A stretch of 27,477 nt of DNA from positions 1 through 27,477 of IMG/VR virus record IMGVR_UViG_3300028597_000060; one strand, written 5' to 3'. This DNA is from a virus (Duplodnaviria > Caudoviricetes). A program made the position numbers and the translations under genes. Below are positions 1 through 7,007 of this stretch, in pieces (position 1 is the stretch's first letter; the number at the start of each line of letters is the position of its first letter). The notes under the pieces were generated by a model, which was not told where the DNA came from, searched no databases, and saw only the letters and a program-made list of their open reading frames with translations.

Positions 1-21
1 GGGCCCTAGGGGGGGGGGGGG

Positions 22-255
22 TCAGCGCTTCCGGCGCAGGCTCGCCCAGAACGAACGCTTCCGCTTGCTGTCGTCCATCGCTTCACACTCCCCCACGATC
101 AGCGCACGCATCCGGTCGGCGTCGCAGTGCGCGAGCCTCAGTGTCTTCTTAACACCCGACGCCGTGACGTAGTCAAACTCGAACGTGACGAACTTGCCGG
201 TTTCAACCGCCCGGTAGTCGGTGATCTGCCGTACGTTCTCAGCGTGTCGCAGCAT
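22..255 (-). CDS. hypothetical protein (77 aa, MLRHAENVRQ...)
   Basis: ORF track 22..333. Start moved to ATG at 255, which has the SD-like GAAAGGGG upstream, directly after the stop of the 46-aa ORF. Confidence 0.65.
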   Translation of the reverse strand: MLRHAENVRQITDYRAVETGKFVTFEFDYVTASGVKKTLRLAHCDADRMRALIVGECEAMDDSKRKRSFWASLRRKR

Positions 256-269
256 GGCCCTGCCCCTTT

Positions 270-410
270 CTAGTTCGTGACCCACTCGCCAGCGATGGCG
301 GACAGGTGGCAGGAAGCGGTTCCGTCTTCCCACTCGACGATGACGAACTCCCCGCCCGCACAGACGTACTCAATGCTGCCCCGGTAACCGTTCGGGTCGA
401 TAACCTGCAT
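270..410 (-). CDS. small hypothetical protein (46 aa, MQVIDPNGYRGSIEYVCAGGEFVIVEWEDGTASCHLSAIAGEWVTN)
   Basis: Translated by hand (below the track cutoff). SD AGGGAG precedes the ATG, and a putative promoter lies at 453-482. Confidence 0.6.
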   Translation of the reverse strand: MQVIDPNGYRGSIEYVCAGGEFVIVEWEDGTASCHLSAIAGEWVTN

Positions 411-452
411 GACGTGTCTCCCTGGTGTCGCTGTCGGTGTCTTGCAGGGCCG

Positions 453-482
453 AAGTTAGTCCAGATACGAAAGAAGGCGCAA
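453..482 (-). promoter_or_regulatory. putative host sigma70/HrdB-type promoter TTGCGC-N18-TAACTT
   Basis: -35 at 477-482 and -10 at 453-458. The operator lies 6 bp upstream of -35, the same layout as at 15202-15250 and 15762-15811. Confidence 0.5.
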
Positions 483-515
483 GCCACCTACGAAAGTTCG
501 TATGTGACCTGCGCC
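476..515 (-). terminator. terminator-like hairpin containing the operator TACGAAAGTTCGTA (489-502)
   Basis: Minus strand reads GGCGCAGGTCAC-a-TACGAACTTTCGTA-g-GTGGCTTGCGCC followed by TTCTTT, just after the dCMP deaminase stop. Confidence 0.7.
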
Positions 516-521
516 ATACTC

Positions 522-935
522 TCAGCGTTTCAGGGTCCAGCGAGCCGACGGGCAGACAACCCGCAGGATGCCGCTCGCCCGTATCAGGGTCCAGCAAGCC
601 GGGCAGGGGGCCCGCGTGGTGTAGAGAGTCGCCCCTAGCCGTTCCTCCGGGCGCGTGTGCCGGATCGCGTTCCGCTCCGCATGGTCGGCAACACAGTTGC
701 TGTAGTCGCTATTCGGAGCGCACTGCGAGGCACTGAGCCTTCCCCGTGGGCACGCGCCAGAGCTAGCACAGCCAGGAACACCCGCTGGCGCTCCGTTGTA
801 GCCCGTGCCCCGTACTTCCTGCTGTGCGTTGACCAGGATCGCCCCGACAGCCGAACGGGTGCAGTCCGCGCGGGTAGCCACCCATGCAGCGCCAGCGAGA
901 AAGTACGCGTCCCAACCAGGGCGATCACCGGTCAC
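522..935 (-). CDS. dCMP deaminase
   Basis: WDAYF...C.R..VGA...GYNG, HAE and PCxxC zinc motifs. Confidence 0.93.
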   Translation of the reverse strand: MTGDRPGWDAYFLAGAAWVATRADCTRSAVGAILVNAQQEVRGTGYNGAPAGVPGCASSGACPRGRLSASQCAPNSDYSNCVADHAERNAIRHTRPEERLGATLYTTRAPCPACWTLIRASGILRVVCPSARWTLKR

Positions 936-1014
936 GCTCGCCCCCGTAGACGGCCCATGCGATAGCGGCGAAGTAGACCACCAGCACGATGACCCCCTGT
1001 ACCGGCTGGCTCAT
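925..1014 (-). CDS. small membrane peptide (29 aa, MSQPVQGVIVLVVYFAAIAWAVYGGERDR)
   Basis: Hand translation. ATGA overlap with the upstream gene, one hydrophobic segment, fills the gap exactly. Confidence 0.55.
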   Translation of the reverse strand: MSQPVQGVIVLVVYFAAIAWAVYGGERDR

Positions 1015-1211
1015 AGCGCCAGCGCCTCTCTCAGTTCTTCGAACATCAATAGTGAGGCGGGATACGAGAGGTGAAGGGTACTGGTCTGCGAATAGCCCTC
1101 TTGGCTGAAGGTTCCGCGAACCGTGACAGTGGGGTTCCCCATGCTGTCCCGCGTTGGTTCGGCGCTTCCCTCAGTGAAGACAACCGCGCGGTTCCGCTGT
1201 CGCTCAGCCAT
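1011..1211 (-). CDS. hypothetical protein (66 aa)
   Basis: Tightly coupled with both neighbours by overlapping start and stop codons. Confidence 0.7.
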   Translation of the reverse strand: MAERQRNRAVVFTEGSAEPTRDSMGNPTVTVRGTFSQEGYSQTSTLHLSYPASLLMFEELREALAL

Positions 1212-1566
1212 CGTGTCCCACCTTACGAAGTTGTACGCGTCGCTGCTCGCTCAGGATCTGACCAACCTTACCGATCAGTTTCTCCAGCGCATCCCGCTCG
1301 CTGTCGAACTCACCGTAAGAGCGCGCGTTGTCCCGGTACCACGCTCGCCACTTGGTGCCGTAGCCCACGGGCACGCTCTCCAGCGCTTCCGCACCCTCGT
1401 TGTCGAACGGGCCGTAACAGGAACAACCCGAGTCGGTGCCCCAGAGCAGTGCGCCGTCCGCCTCGCGCTGGAATACGTACAGTCCGCACCAGTCGTACGA
1501 ACCCAAGTCGACAGAGCCGACCAGCCGCACGCCGTACTCTTCCGGGTTGTAGTAGATGCCGCTCAC
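1204..1566 (-). CDS. hypothetical phage protein (120 aa)
   Basis: GTGA overlap with the upstream gene, SD GGAGAG, protein-like composition (DSGCSCYGPF). Confidence 0.8.
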   Translation of the reverse strand: MSGIYYNPEEYGVRLVGSVDLGSYDWCGLYVFQREADGALLWGTDSGCSCYGPFDNEGAEALESVPVGYGTKWRAWYRDNARSYGEFDSERDALEKLIGKVGQILSEQRRVQLRKVGHDG

Positions 1567-1769
1567 TTGCTCTCTCCTGTCTCATACCGGTCGCAGACCA
1601 CGGTGATTACCGGCTGAACCGTTGTTGTCTTGGTCGTGGCGTTGTAGACGGGAACGAAGTTGGTAACGGTGTGAGAGTCGAGACACTCGGGCCCGTCATC
1701 GCAGGCAGTAGCCGTGACCATGACCAGCGCGACAGCGCCCAGCGCTACAGCAGCAACGCGCATGCTCAA
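1563..1769 (-). CDS. putative small lipoprotein (68 aa)
   Basis: Basic residue, hydrophobic stretch and lipobox-like ATA-C; two further Cys. Confidence 0.7.
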   Translation of the reverse strand: MSMRVAAVALGAVALVMVTATACDDGPECLDSHTVTNFVPVYNATTKTTTVQPVITVVCDRYETGESK

Positions 1770-2479
1770 CTCCCGTAGGGTGTAGCCGGAATGTCCTGAA
1801 CCGTGTTCGGGGCGATCGTCCGCAGGTGTCCCAGGATGAGCCCTGCCATTTCGCGTATCTCCGCATCGGCGTGAACCGACCAGCGCTTACCCAGCACATC
1901 CCGCCATGCGCGGAGGTTGCCGGAAACCACCATGTCCACGGGCGTCGCATTGGGCAGTACCGAACGGGCAGCCTCACGGGCAGCCTTCAGCCCCAGACCC
2001 TGGGCGCGCAGCTTCCGGTACAACTCTTCGTAGTGCGCCAGCGCGAACGAGTAGGCACCCTCAACGGTGGCAACCATGTTCTTCCGCATGGTGTCAGCCT
2101 CAGTGCCGGTAACGGCTGGCGGCAGTACGGGAGTTGTACCCGCATGGTTGACGTAGCGCTGCGAAACCACGCTGAAGCTGATGTGCCGGTGTCGGGTGAA
2201 GTCAGCCAGCAGCGAGCGGGACACACCGCGCACCAGGAATGTCACGCTGGCATGCTCGGTCACGCTGTAGTGGCCCTGGTTGAGAATGTTGGCCATGTAA
2301 CCGGCATTCGTGGCCGTGCTGGGGTTCGGGCGGTTGAAAGACTTGTAGCAGATGCGGCCCGCAGCCTCCCCAAGTCCGTCGGCGTTGGTCACGTTGTCAT
2401 CGCTGAACGGTTCGTAGTCGTACGCCATTTCGACCACATGCGGCACCATCGTTGTGTGCGCCAGTACATCAACCTGCAA
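1766..2479 (-). CDS. thyX: FAD-dependent thymidylate synthase
   Basis: GHxSVxEH, RHRxxSxxxxSQRY, AREAARxVLP, NLRAW and EIR motifs. Start set at TTG 2479 behind SD AGGAGAG. Confidence 0.95.
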   Translation of the reverse strand: MQVDVLAHTTMVPHVVEMAYDYEPFSDDNVTNADGLGEAAGRICYKSFNRPNPSTATNAGYMANILNQGHYSVTEHASVTFLVRGVSRSLLADFTRHRHISFSVVSQRYVNHAGTTPVLPPAVTGTEADTMRKNMVATVEGAYSFALAHYEELYRKLRAQGLGLKAAREAARSVLPNATPVDMVVSGNLRAWRDVLGKRWSVHADAEIREMAGLILGHLRTIAPNTVQDIPATPYGS

Positions 2480-2498
2480 GGTCTCTCCTAGTACAAAA

Positions 2499-2543
2499 GG
2501 CGGAGGGGCCACGTACGAAAATTCGTAGGTGACCCCTGCCCGC
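2499..2543 (-). terminator. terminator-like hairpin containing the operator TACGAAAATTCGTA (2514-2527)
   Basis: Minus strand reads AGGGGTCAC-c-operator-c-GTGGCCCCT...CTTTTGT. Confidence 0.75.
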
Positions 2544-2719
2544 TAGCTAAATTCGTTACCTGCGAGGAACTGCGCGAGATACAGCGCGTCCTCAGGAGTG
2601 GCATCCGTGAGGAATCCGGCCCGCTTGATCTCAGCGACAGCCGACCGGTAGATGTCGACTCGCTCTGCCCATCTGCCCGTAGGCGTAGGGTCGTTGAGTG
2701 ATGAGTCAACTGCCGCCAT
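2543..2719 (-). CDS. small hypothetical protein (58 aa, MAAVDSSLND...AQFLAGNEFS)
   Basis: Hand translation; TGATG coupling to the upstream 54-aa ORF. Confidence 0.6.
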   Translation of the reverse strand: MAAVDSSLNDPTPTGRWAERVDIYRSAVAEIKRAGFLTDATPEDALYLAQFLAGNEFS

Positions 2720-2883
2720 CAGATGGCAACCTTGGCCAGATCACGAATAAGCGCGTTCGCGTCCAAGTAGCCGAGACGAACCGTGCTGATCGTCTCGCCC
2801 TTGCGGTTTCGCGTCTCGAACTCCTTGCCCTGGTCGACATTCCGCGTGATGACCTTGAAGCCGTTGCGCAGGGTGTACGTCAT
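2719..2883 (-). CDS. small hypothetical protein (54 aa, MTYTLRNGFKVITRNVDQGKEFETRN...)
   Basis: Hand translation; SD GGAG; directly downstream of the phage promoter motif at 2923-2938. Confidence 0.65.
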   Translation of the reverse strand: MTYTLRNGFKVITRNVDQGKEFETRNRKGETISTVRLGYLDANALIRDLAKVAI

Positions 2884-2922
2884 GGCGGGTTGCTCCGTTC
2901 GTTCGGTGGGTTCGAAGGGGGG

Positions 2923-2938
2923 CTAGCGAGTCGGTTAC
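2923..2938 (-). promoter_or_regulatory. phage-specific promoter-like motif GTAACCGACTCGCTAG (copy 1)
   Basis: Exact 16-mer; overlaps the TAA stop of the HNH ORF. Confidence 0.75.
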
Positions 2939-3177
2939 TCGGTCACTGCCAGCCACTCAGCGAGGGTCAACGCAGCTTTCGAGAGGTTGCAGTCAGCGCA
3001 GGCAGGGACGACGTTCGCCAGCACATCCCGACCACCCCGTGACAGGGGCGTGACGTGGTCTAGGTGCTCCGCTGGCGCGTCGCAGTAGCAGCACCGGCCA
3101 CCCCAGCGGGCAAAGACCTCAGCGCGCTTGTAGGGGGCCGTACGGTGCCTGCGAGTGCGCGCGTACGCGTCAGCCAT
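2935..3177 (-). CDS. HNH endonuclease, nuclease half of an apparently split gene
   Basis: CxYC...DHVTPLSRGG...NVVPACxxCNLSK. Confidence 0.8.
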   Translation of the reverse strand: MADAYARTRRHRTAPYKRAEVFARWGGRCCYCDAPAEHLDHVTPLSRGGRDVLANVVPACADCNLSKAALTLAEWLAVTE

Positions 3178-3475
3178 GAGCCTTGCGCCACTGTGTGAGG
3201 TAGTCACGCGCGTCCGCCTTGCTCTCGTAGGTCTGTCGGTACGCGCGAACACGCTCGGGATTGGCCGCACGCCATTCGCGCTGGTATTCCTTGCGCGCCT
3301 GCGCTGCCTGTCTGTCGTACGTCTTGCGTCGCTCCGGGTTGGCTGCTCGCCACTCGGCTGACTGCTGTCTGGTGCACTCTCGACAGCGGGCCCTGAGTCC
3401 ATCGCGGGCCCTTTTCTCACGGGTGAAGTGGGTGTGAGGCTTGGTGACCCCACACCCACGACAGACCTTGCTCAC
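3170..3475 (-). CDS. zinc-binding / WRAANPE-repeat protein, N-terminal half of the split HNH
   Basis: CxxC...CxxC plus repeated EWRAANPER, typical of the N-terminus of phage HNH proteins; 8-nt overlap with the HNH ORF. Confidence 0.7.
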   Translation of the reverse strand: MSKVCRGCGVTKPHTHFTREKRARDGLRARCRECTRQQSAEWRAANPERRKTYDRQAAQARKEYQREWRAANPERVRAYRQTYESKADARDYLTQWRKAHG

Positions 3476-4608
3476 TTACGGCCCGCCTGCGTGCGGTTGG
3501 CGGCAGCCGCATCGGCCAGCGCGAGCGCCTCAGCCTCAGTGCGAGCCACGATGGCCACGTAGTACTTAACGAACGAGACGCGAGCCTTAGAGCGGTACGT
3601 CTTGACGTGGTGAGTGGTCATGCCGAGAAACTCGGCCAGTCCTTCAAGGTCGCCAGCGTCGCCCCAACCAAAGTCTTCCGCGCCACCGATGCCAAAGCTG
3701 TAGCGCAGGATGTCGCGCTGCTTGTCCCCCATGCGGTCGAGTGCAGCCGACACGTTCAGGTGCTTCACCGCACGCTCATCGCGCAGGTCATCGGACACGT
3801 CGCGCAGGTCATCGGCGACAGCGCCATCGGTGGCCGTTGAAGCGCTGCTGTGCAGGATCGCTACGGCGTCGAGCACCAGTCGTCGCGTGGTGGGGTCAGC
3901 CGGGACCCTGACAGCCTCGCTGAGCGCCTCAACGGCGTCCGGGGTGGCGTAACCGGTAGCCATGGTGTCCAGAGCCTTCAGCAGCCCCTCACGGGCGTCG
4001 GCGTCGGTGGGAACGGTCACGTACCGCTCGATGACGCTCAGCGCTTCCAGAACGGCACCCCGGCCAACCTTGGGGCGAACCACGTCCGGCGCGTCATCCT
4101 GCGGAGCGGCCAGCGTGTCAGCCAGCGACGCTTCACCCTCGCCGGTCTGCCGGTCAAGGTAGACACTCCCCTGCCACGCGATACGGGCAGCCTGCGCACG
4201 GTCGGCCCCGAGTCGCACACCCTTGGGCGGTTCCGTCTGCGCCAGCACCTCAGCCTTGTGCGCGTCCCCGTCGGTACGGGCGAGCATGGACGTAAAGACC
4301 TTGACTGCATCCTTGTCCGCGCCCTGGTAACGGATCGCCCTGACTCGGTCCTTCAGAGCGTCCTCAATGGACGCGTAGAGGAAACCGATCGCACGGTCCA
4401 CGCTGTCACCGGTCACGCGAGGCAGCGCCATGAACAGAGCCTCTCGGGCATCCTGCTCAAAGTCTTCGCGGTAGTGACCGTGGTCCGACAGTCGACGGGC
4501 AGCGCTGGCAGCGAGGCGCTTGACTCGCTCATCCATTTCGGTCAGTACGGCGCTGATACCGGCAAGGTCGTTGGTCTGGGCAGCGTGAATCTGGGCAAGC
4601 GTGAGCAT
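3472..4608 (-). CDS. sigma70-like / HTH phage transcription factor (378 aa)
   Basis: Region-2-like REDFEQDAREALFMAL and region-4-like ALDRMGDKQRDILRYSFG...LAEFLGMT..HVKTYRSKA; position after the DNA polymerase as in related phages. Confidence 0.75.
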   Translation of the reverse strand: MLTLAQIHAAQTNDLAGISAVLTEMDERVKRLAASAARRLSDHGHYREDFEQDAREALFMALPRVTGDSVDRAIGFLYASIEDALKDRVRAIRYQGADKDAVKVFTSMLARTDGDAHKAEVLAQTEPPKGVRLGADRAQAARIAWQGSVYLDRQTGEGEASLADTLAAPQDDAPDVVRPKVGRGAVLEALSVIERYVTVPTDADAREGLLKALDTMATGYATPDAVEALSEAVRVPADPTTRRLVLDAVAILHSSASTATDGAVADDLRDVSDDLRDERAVKHLNVSAALDRMGDKQRDILRYSFGIGGAEDFGWGDAGDLEGLAEFLGMTTHHVKTYRSKARVSFVKYYVAIVARTEAEALALADAAAANRTQAGRK

Positions 4609-4641
4609 GGGATGACTCCGTTCAGGTGTGTTCGCTGGGGA

Positions 4642-4657
4642 CTAGCGAGTCGGTTAC
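4642..4657 (-). promoter_or_regulatory. phage promoter-like motif (copy 2), upstream of the sigma-like gene
   Basis: Exact 16-mer. Confidence 0.75.
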
Positions 4658-4786
4658 CTGAGGAGTCCGGCCGGTGAATGCGCTGGTCAGAGGGCAGCGC
4701 TAGGACACAGACGTGACCCGTTCTCAGGTGGGTCGCTGTCTGCTCTTCCGAGTCTCCGGCCGGGCGACTCGGTAGGGCGTGGGACT

Positions 4787-4816
4787 GATCTAATGCCGTT
4801 TTTCGTAGGTGGTCAA
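4787..4816 (-). promoter_or_regulatory. possible host-type promoter TTGACC-N18-TAGATC with operator half-sites at 4802-4807 and 4823-4828
   Basis: Good -35, imperfect -10. The half-sites carry the same flanks as full operators (TTCGTAGGTGG, TTCGTATGTGAC). Confidence 0.4.
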
Positions 4817-4993
4817 TGGCCTTTCGTATGTGACACACCTTTAGACAACCTACTAACCGATGTAGTTGCAGAGGTTTCGAAGGCGTGACCCAACCTCATA
4901 CCTGAGAATCAGAGGTTGGACGGAACTAGATGCAGGGTTAAGCCAGTGTTTCGAAAGTTCGATCTTGGACGAAGTTGCCTAGGTCACAAGTGC

Positions 4994-5031
4994 GAAACGG
5001 CCACGCTCCGTAGAAGGAACATGGCCGTTTC
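4994..5031. terminator. inverted repeat after the DNA polymerase gene (GAAACGGCCA/TGGCCGTTTC)
   Basis: 10-bp perfect stem about 30 nt downstream of the polymerase stop. Confidence 0.6.
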
Positions 5032-5062
5032 TCACGCTACGGGGCCGTAACTGAGGCGACCC

Positions 5063-6928
5063 TTAGTAGTCAGCGCCGTACAGACTCCCCCACGAACGCT
5101 TACCAATCTCGGCCTCAGCCTCAATCGGGACCCCGTACAGGTCAAACGTCATACAGCGCTCGATCTCACGCGCGTAGTCCGCTGCCTCAGCCTCCGGGAC
5201 ACTCGCCAGCACTTCGTCATGAATCGGCAGCCGCAGCACTTCCAGCAAGCCAGCCTCTTCAAGATTGATCAGCGACTGCCCCAGACAGTCACGCGCAGCC
5301 GACTGACAGGCGTAGTTCACAACGGCGTACGTGCGCTCACGGTCCAGCGGCAGCCTGCGACCAGTGACAGACACATGCACCATGCCCGTTTCGTACGCCT
5401 CGCGCTGCCAGCGGTTCGACATACGCCGTACCTCCGGGTACACACGGTCGTAGGCAGCAAGGGCCCGCTTCACCTCTTCCATGGGCGCACCCGTCTGCCG
5501 CTGAATCGTGGCAGCGCCACCCCCGTACACCTTGCCGAACGCGATGCCCTTAGAAATCTTCCGGTGCTTCGGAGTGAAGTCCGGGCCGAACACCAGCCGC
5601 GCAGTGAAGCTATGCAGATCCTCGCCGTTCCGGATCGCTTCCTTCATCCGCTTCACATCCGCCAGCGCAGCCAACACGCGCAGTTCGACAGCCGCAAAGT
5701 CAGTGGACACCATGACGTGCCCCTCTTCGGCCAGCAGAGCGCGCCGGATCATCTGATCAGAGCTAGGCAGGGTCTGAAGGGCCGGACGCGTCACACTCAT
5801 GCGCCCCGTACGCGCCTGCATGCTGTTGATGAAGCTGTGCACGCGACCTTCGCTGTCGGCCACGTCGAGAAACGTCTGAGTGTAGGAACTGCGCCACTTA
5901 CCGGCCCGCTTGCTGCGAATGATCGCGTCCGCCAGCGGGTTAGGGGTCCGGCTGCCGAGTCGCTGCCAAGTGTTCTGGTCAAGGTCAGCGAGCGCGCAGA
6001 GGACTGCCTTATCGGCCTTGAACGCCCCGGACGCCGTACGGTCGGTGAGGGTCTCCCCCATCGCGAGCAGAGCGTCAACCACCTGCCGAGTCGCGTTGAT
6101 GTTCTCTACGCCGTAGCGGAGCGCGACAGCCTCAAACTTGAGCGCCTCTTCGCCGAGTTGGGCGTCAAGCGCCTGCGTGTACTCGGTATCAAGGATCATG
6201 CCCTTTCGCTGCATGACAGCGCAGATGCGGGCTATCTCATGCTCATACTCGATCAGCGCCGGACGGACCCCCAGCGCATCCAGCTCAGCGTCAAGCGCGG
6301 TATCCAGCCGGGCAGTGAGGATCACGTCAAGGCCAGCGTAAAGAAGGTACGTGGGGTGATCGATCGGGATACCGGCCCAACCCGTAGCCTTGGTGAGTTT
6401 CAGCGAGCGGAATACCGCCGTGAGGTCTCCCTGAGTGTCGGGCGCGTTCGGGTCAAGGTAGTAGGCGCTGAGCGGCTTCAGACCAGTCCCCCGGCCACCC
6501 TCCTGCGGCTGTCGCGGGTCGACTAGACCAGCCTTCAGCCGAGTATCGATGGTGCGCGGCGCGAGGCTCTCAATCGTCGCCCGGTACCCGTTCCCGTAGG
6601 CGTGCCTGTCCAACACAGCCCAATCGAACGGGGCGTTGTGAATCTGGAAGCGGCGAATGTAGTCCAGCGCACGCAGTGCAAAGTGCTGGAAGTACCCGCC
6701 CAACTCCCACAGGATGACCCATGCCGTATGCCGGTCCCCGAACTGGACCGTACGCAGCCGGTAGCCGGGCGAGTAGATGTCAAGGCCAGTGGTTTCGGTG
6801 TCCAGCGCGATAGGGCCGCGAGCGTTCGCCAGCCGCACCCATTCCTGAAACTCGATCAAGTCGGCGTAGGTTTCGGGGACCTTGACCGTAACCGGCTCAC
6901 CAGCAATGGCGTAGTCGTAAACCTTCAC
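5063..6928 (-). CDS. DNA polymerase family A with 3'-5' exonuclease domain
   Basis: ExoI DTETTG, HNAPFD, YAGLD; TGRMS..PALQ; motif A DFAAVELRVLA; motif B RKISKGIAFGKVYGGG; motif C IHDE. Start set at GTG 6928 behind GAGAGGG. Confidence 0.97.
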   Translation of the reverse strand: MKVYDYAIAGEPVTVKVPETYADLIEFQEWVRLANARGPIALDTETTGLDIYSPGYRLRTVQFGDRHTAWVILWELGGYFQHFALRALDYIRRFQIHNAPFDWAVLDRHAYGNGYRATIESLAPRTIDTRLKAGLVDPRQPQEGGRGTGLKPLSAYYLDPNAPDTQGDLTAVFRSLKLTKATGWAGIPIDHPTYLLYAGLDVILTARLDTALDAELDALGVRPALIEYEHEIARICAVMQRKGMILDTEYTQALDAQLGEEALKFEAVALRYGVENINATRQVVDALLAMGETLTDRTASGAFKADKAVLCALADLDQNTWQRLGSRTPNPLADAIIRSKRAGKWRSSYTQTFLDVADSEGRVHSFINSMQARTGRMSVTRPALQTLPSSDQMIRRALLAEEGHVMVSTDFAAVELRVLAALADVKRMKEAIRNGEDLHSFTARLVFGPDFTPKHRKISKGIAFGKVYGGGAATIQRQTGAPMEEVKRALAAYDRVYPEVRRMSNRWQREAYETGMVHVSVTGRRLPLDRERTYAVVNYACQSAARDCLGQSLINLEEAGLLEVLRLPIHDEVLASVPEAEAADYAREIERCMTFDLYGVPIEAEAEIGKRSWGSLYGADY

Positions 6929-6957
6929 TGCGTGCACCCTCTCTATGGGCAGCACAA

Positions 6958-6991
6958 AGGGGCCACGTACGAAAATTCGTAGGTGACCCCT
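6958..6991 (-). terminator. hairpin containing the operator TACGAAAATTCGTA (6968-6981)
   Basis: AGGGGTCAC-c-operator-c-GTGGCCCCT-TTGT, between the primase-helicase and polymerase genes. Confidence 0.7.
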
Positions 6992-7007
6992 CAGGCTGCG
7001 TGTTGTG

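Noticed and set aside
9-21. 13-nt poly-G tract at the window edge
   Set aside because: It cannot be distinguished from a sequencing or assembly artefact and has no context; not called as a phase-variation site.
2542-2561. GGTAACGAATTTAGCTAGC, resembling the ends of the promoter motif
   Set aside because: The core differs and has an extra base; it is explained by the coding end of the 58-aa ORF.
4765-4775. CGACTCGGTAG as an inverted promoter copy
   Set aside because: It lacks the GTAAC half and is already explained as a hairpin arm.
4660-5060. tRNA or self-splicing intron in the long intergenic region
   Set aside because: I could not find a cloverleaf with a T-arm or any group I/II core, and the flanking genes are intact.
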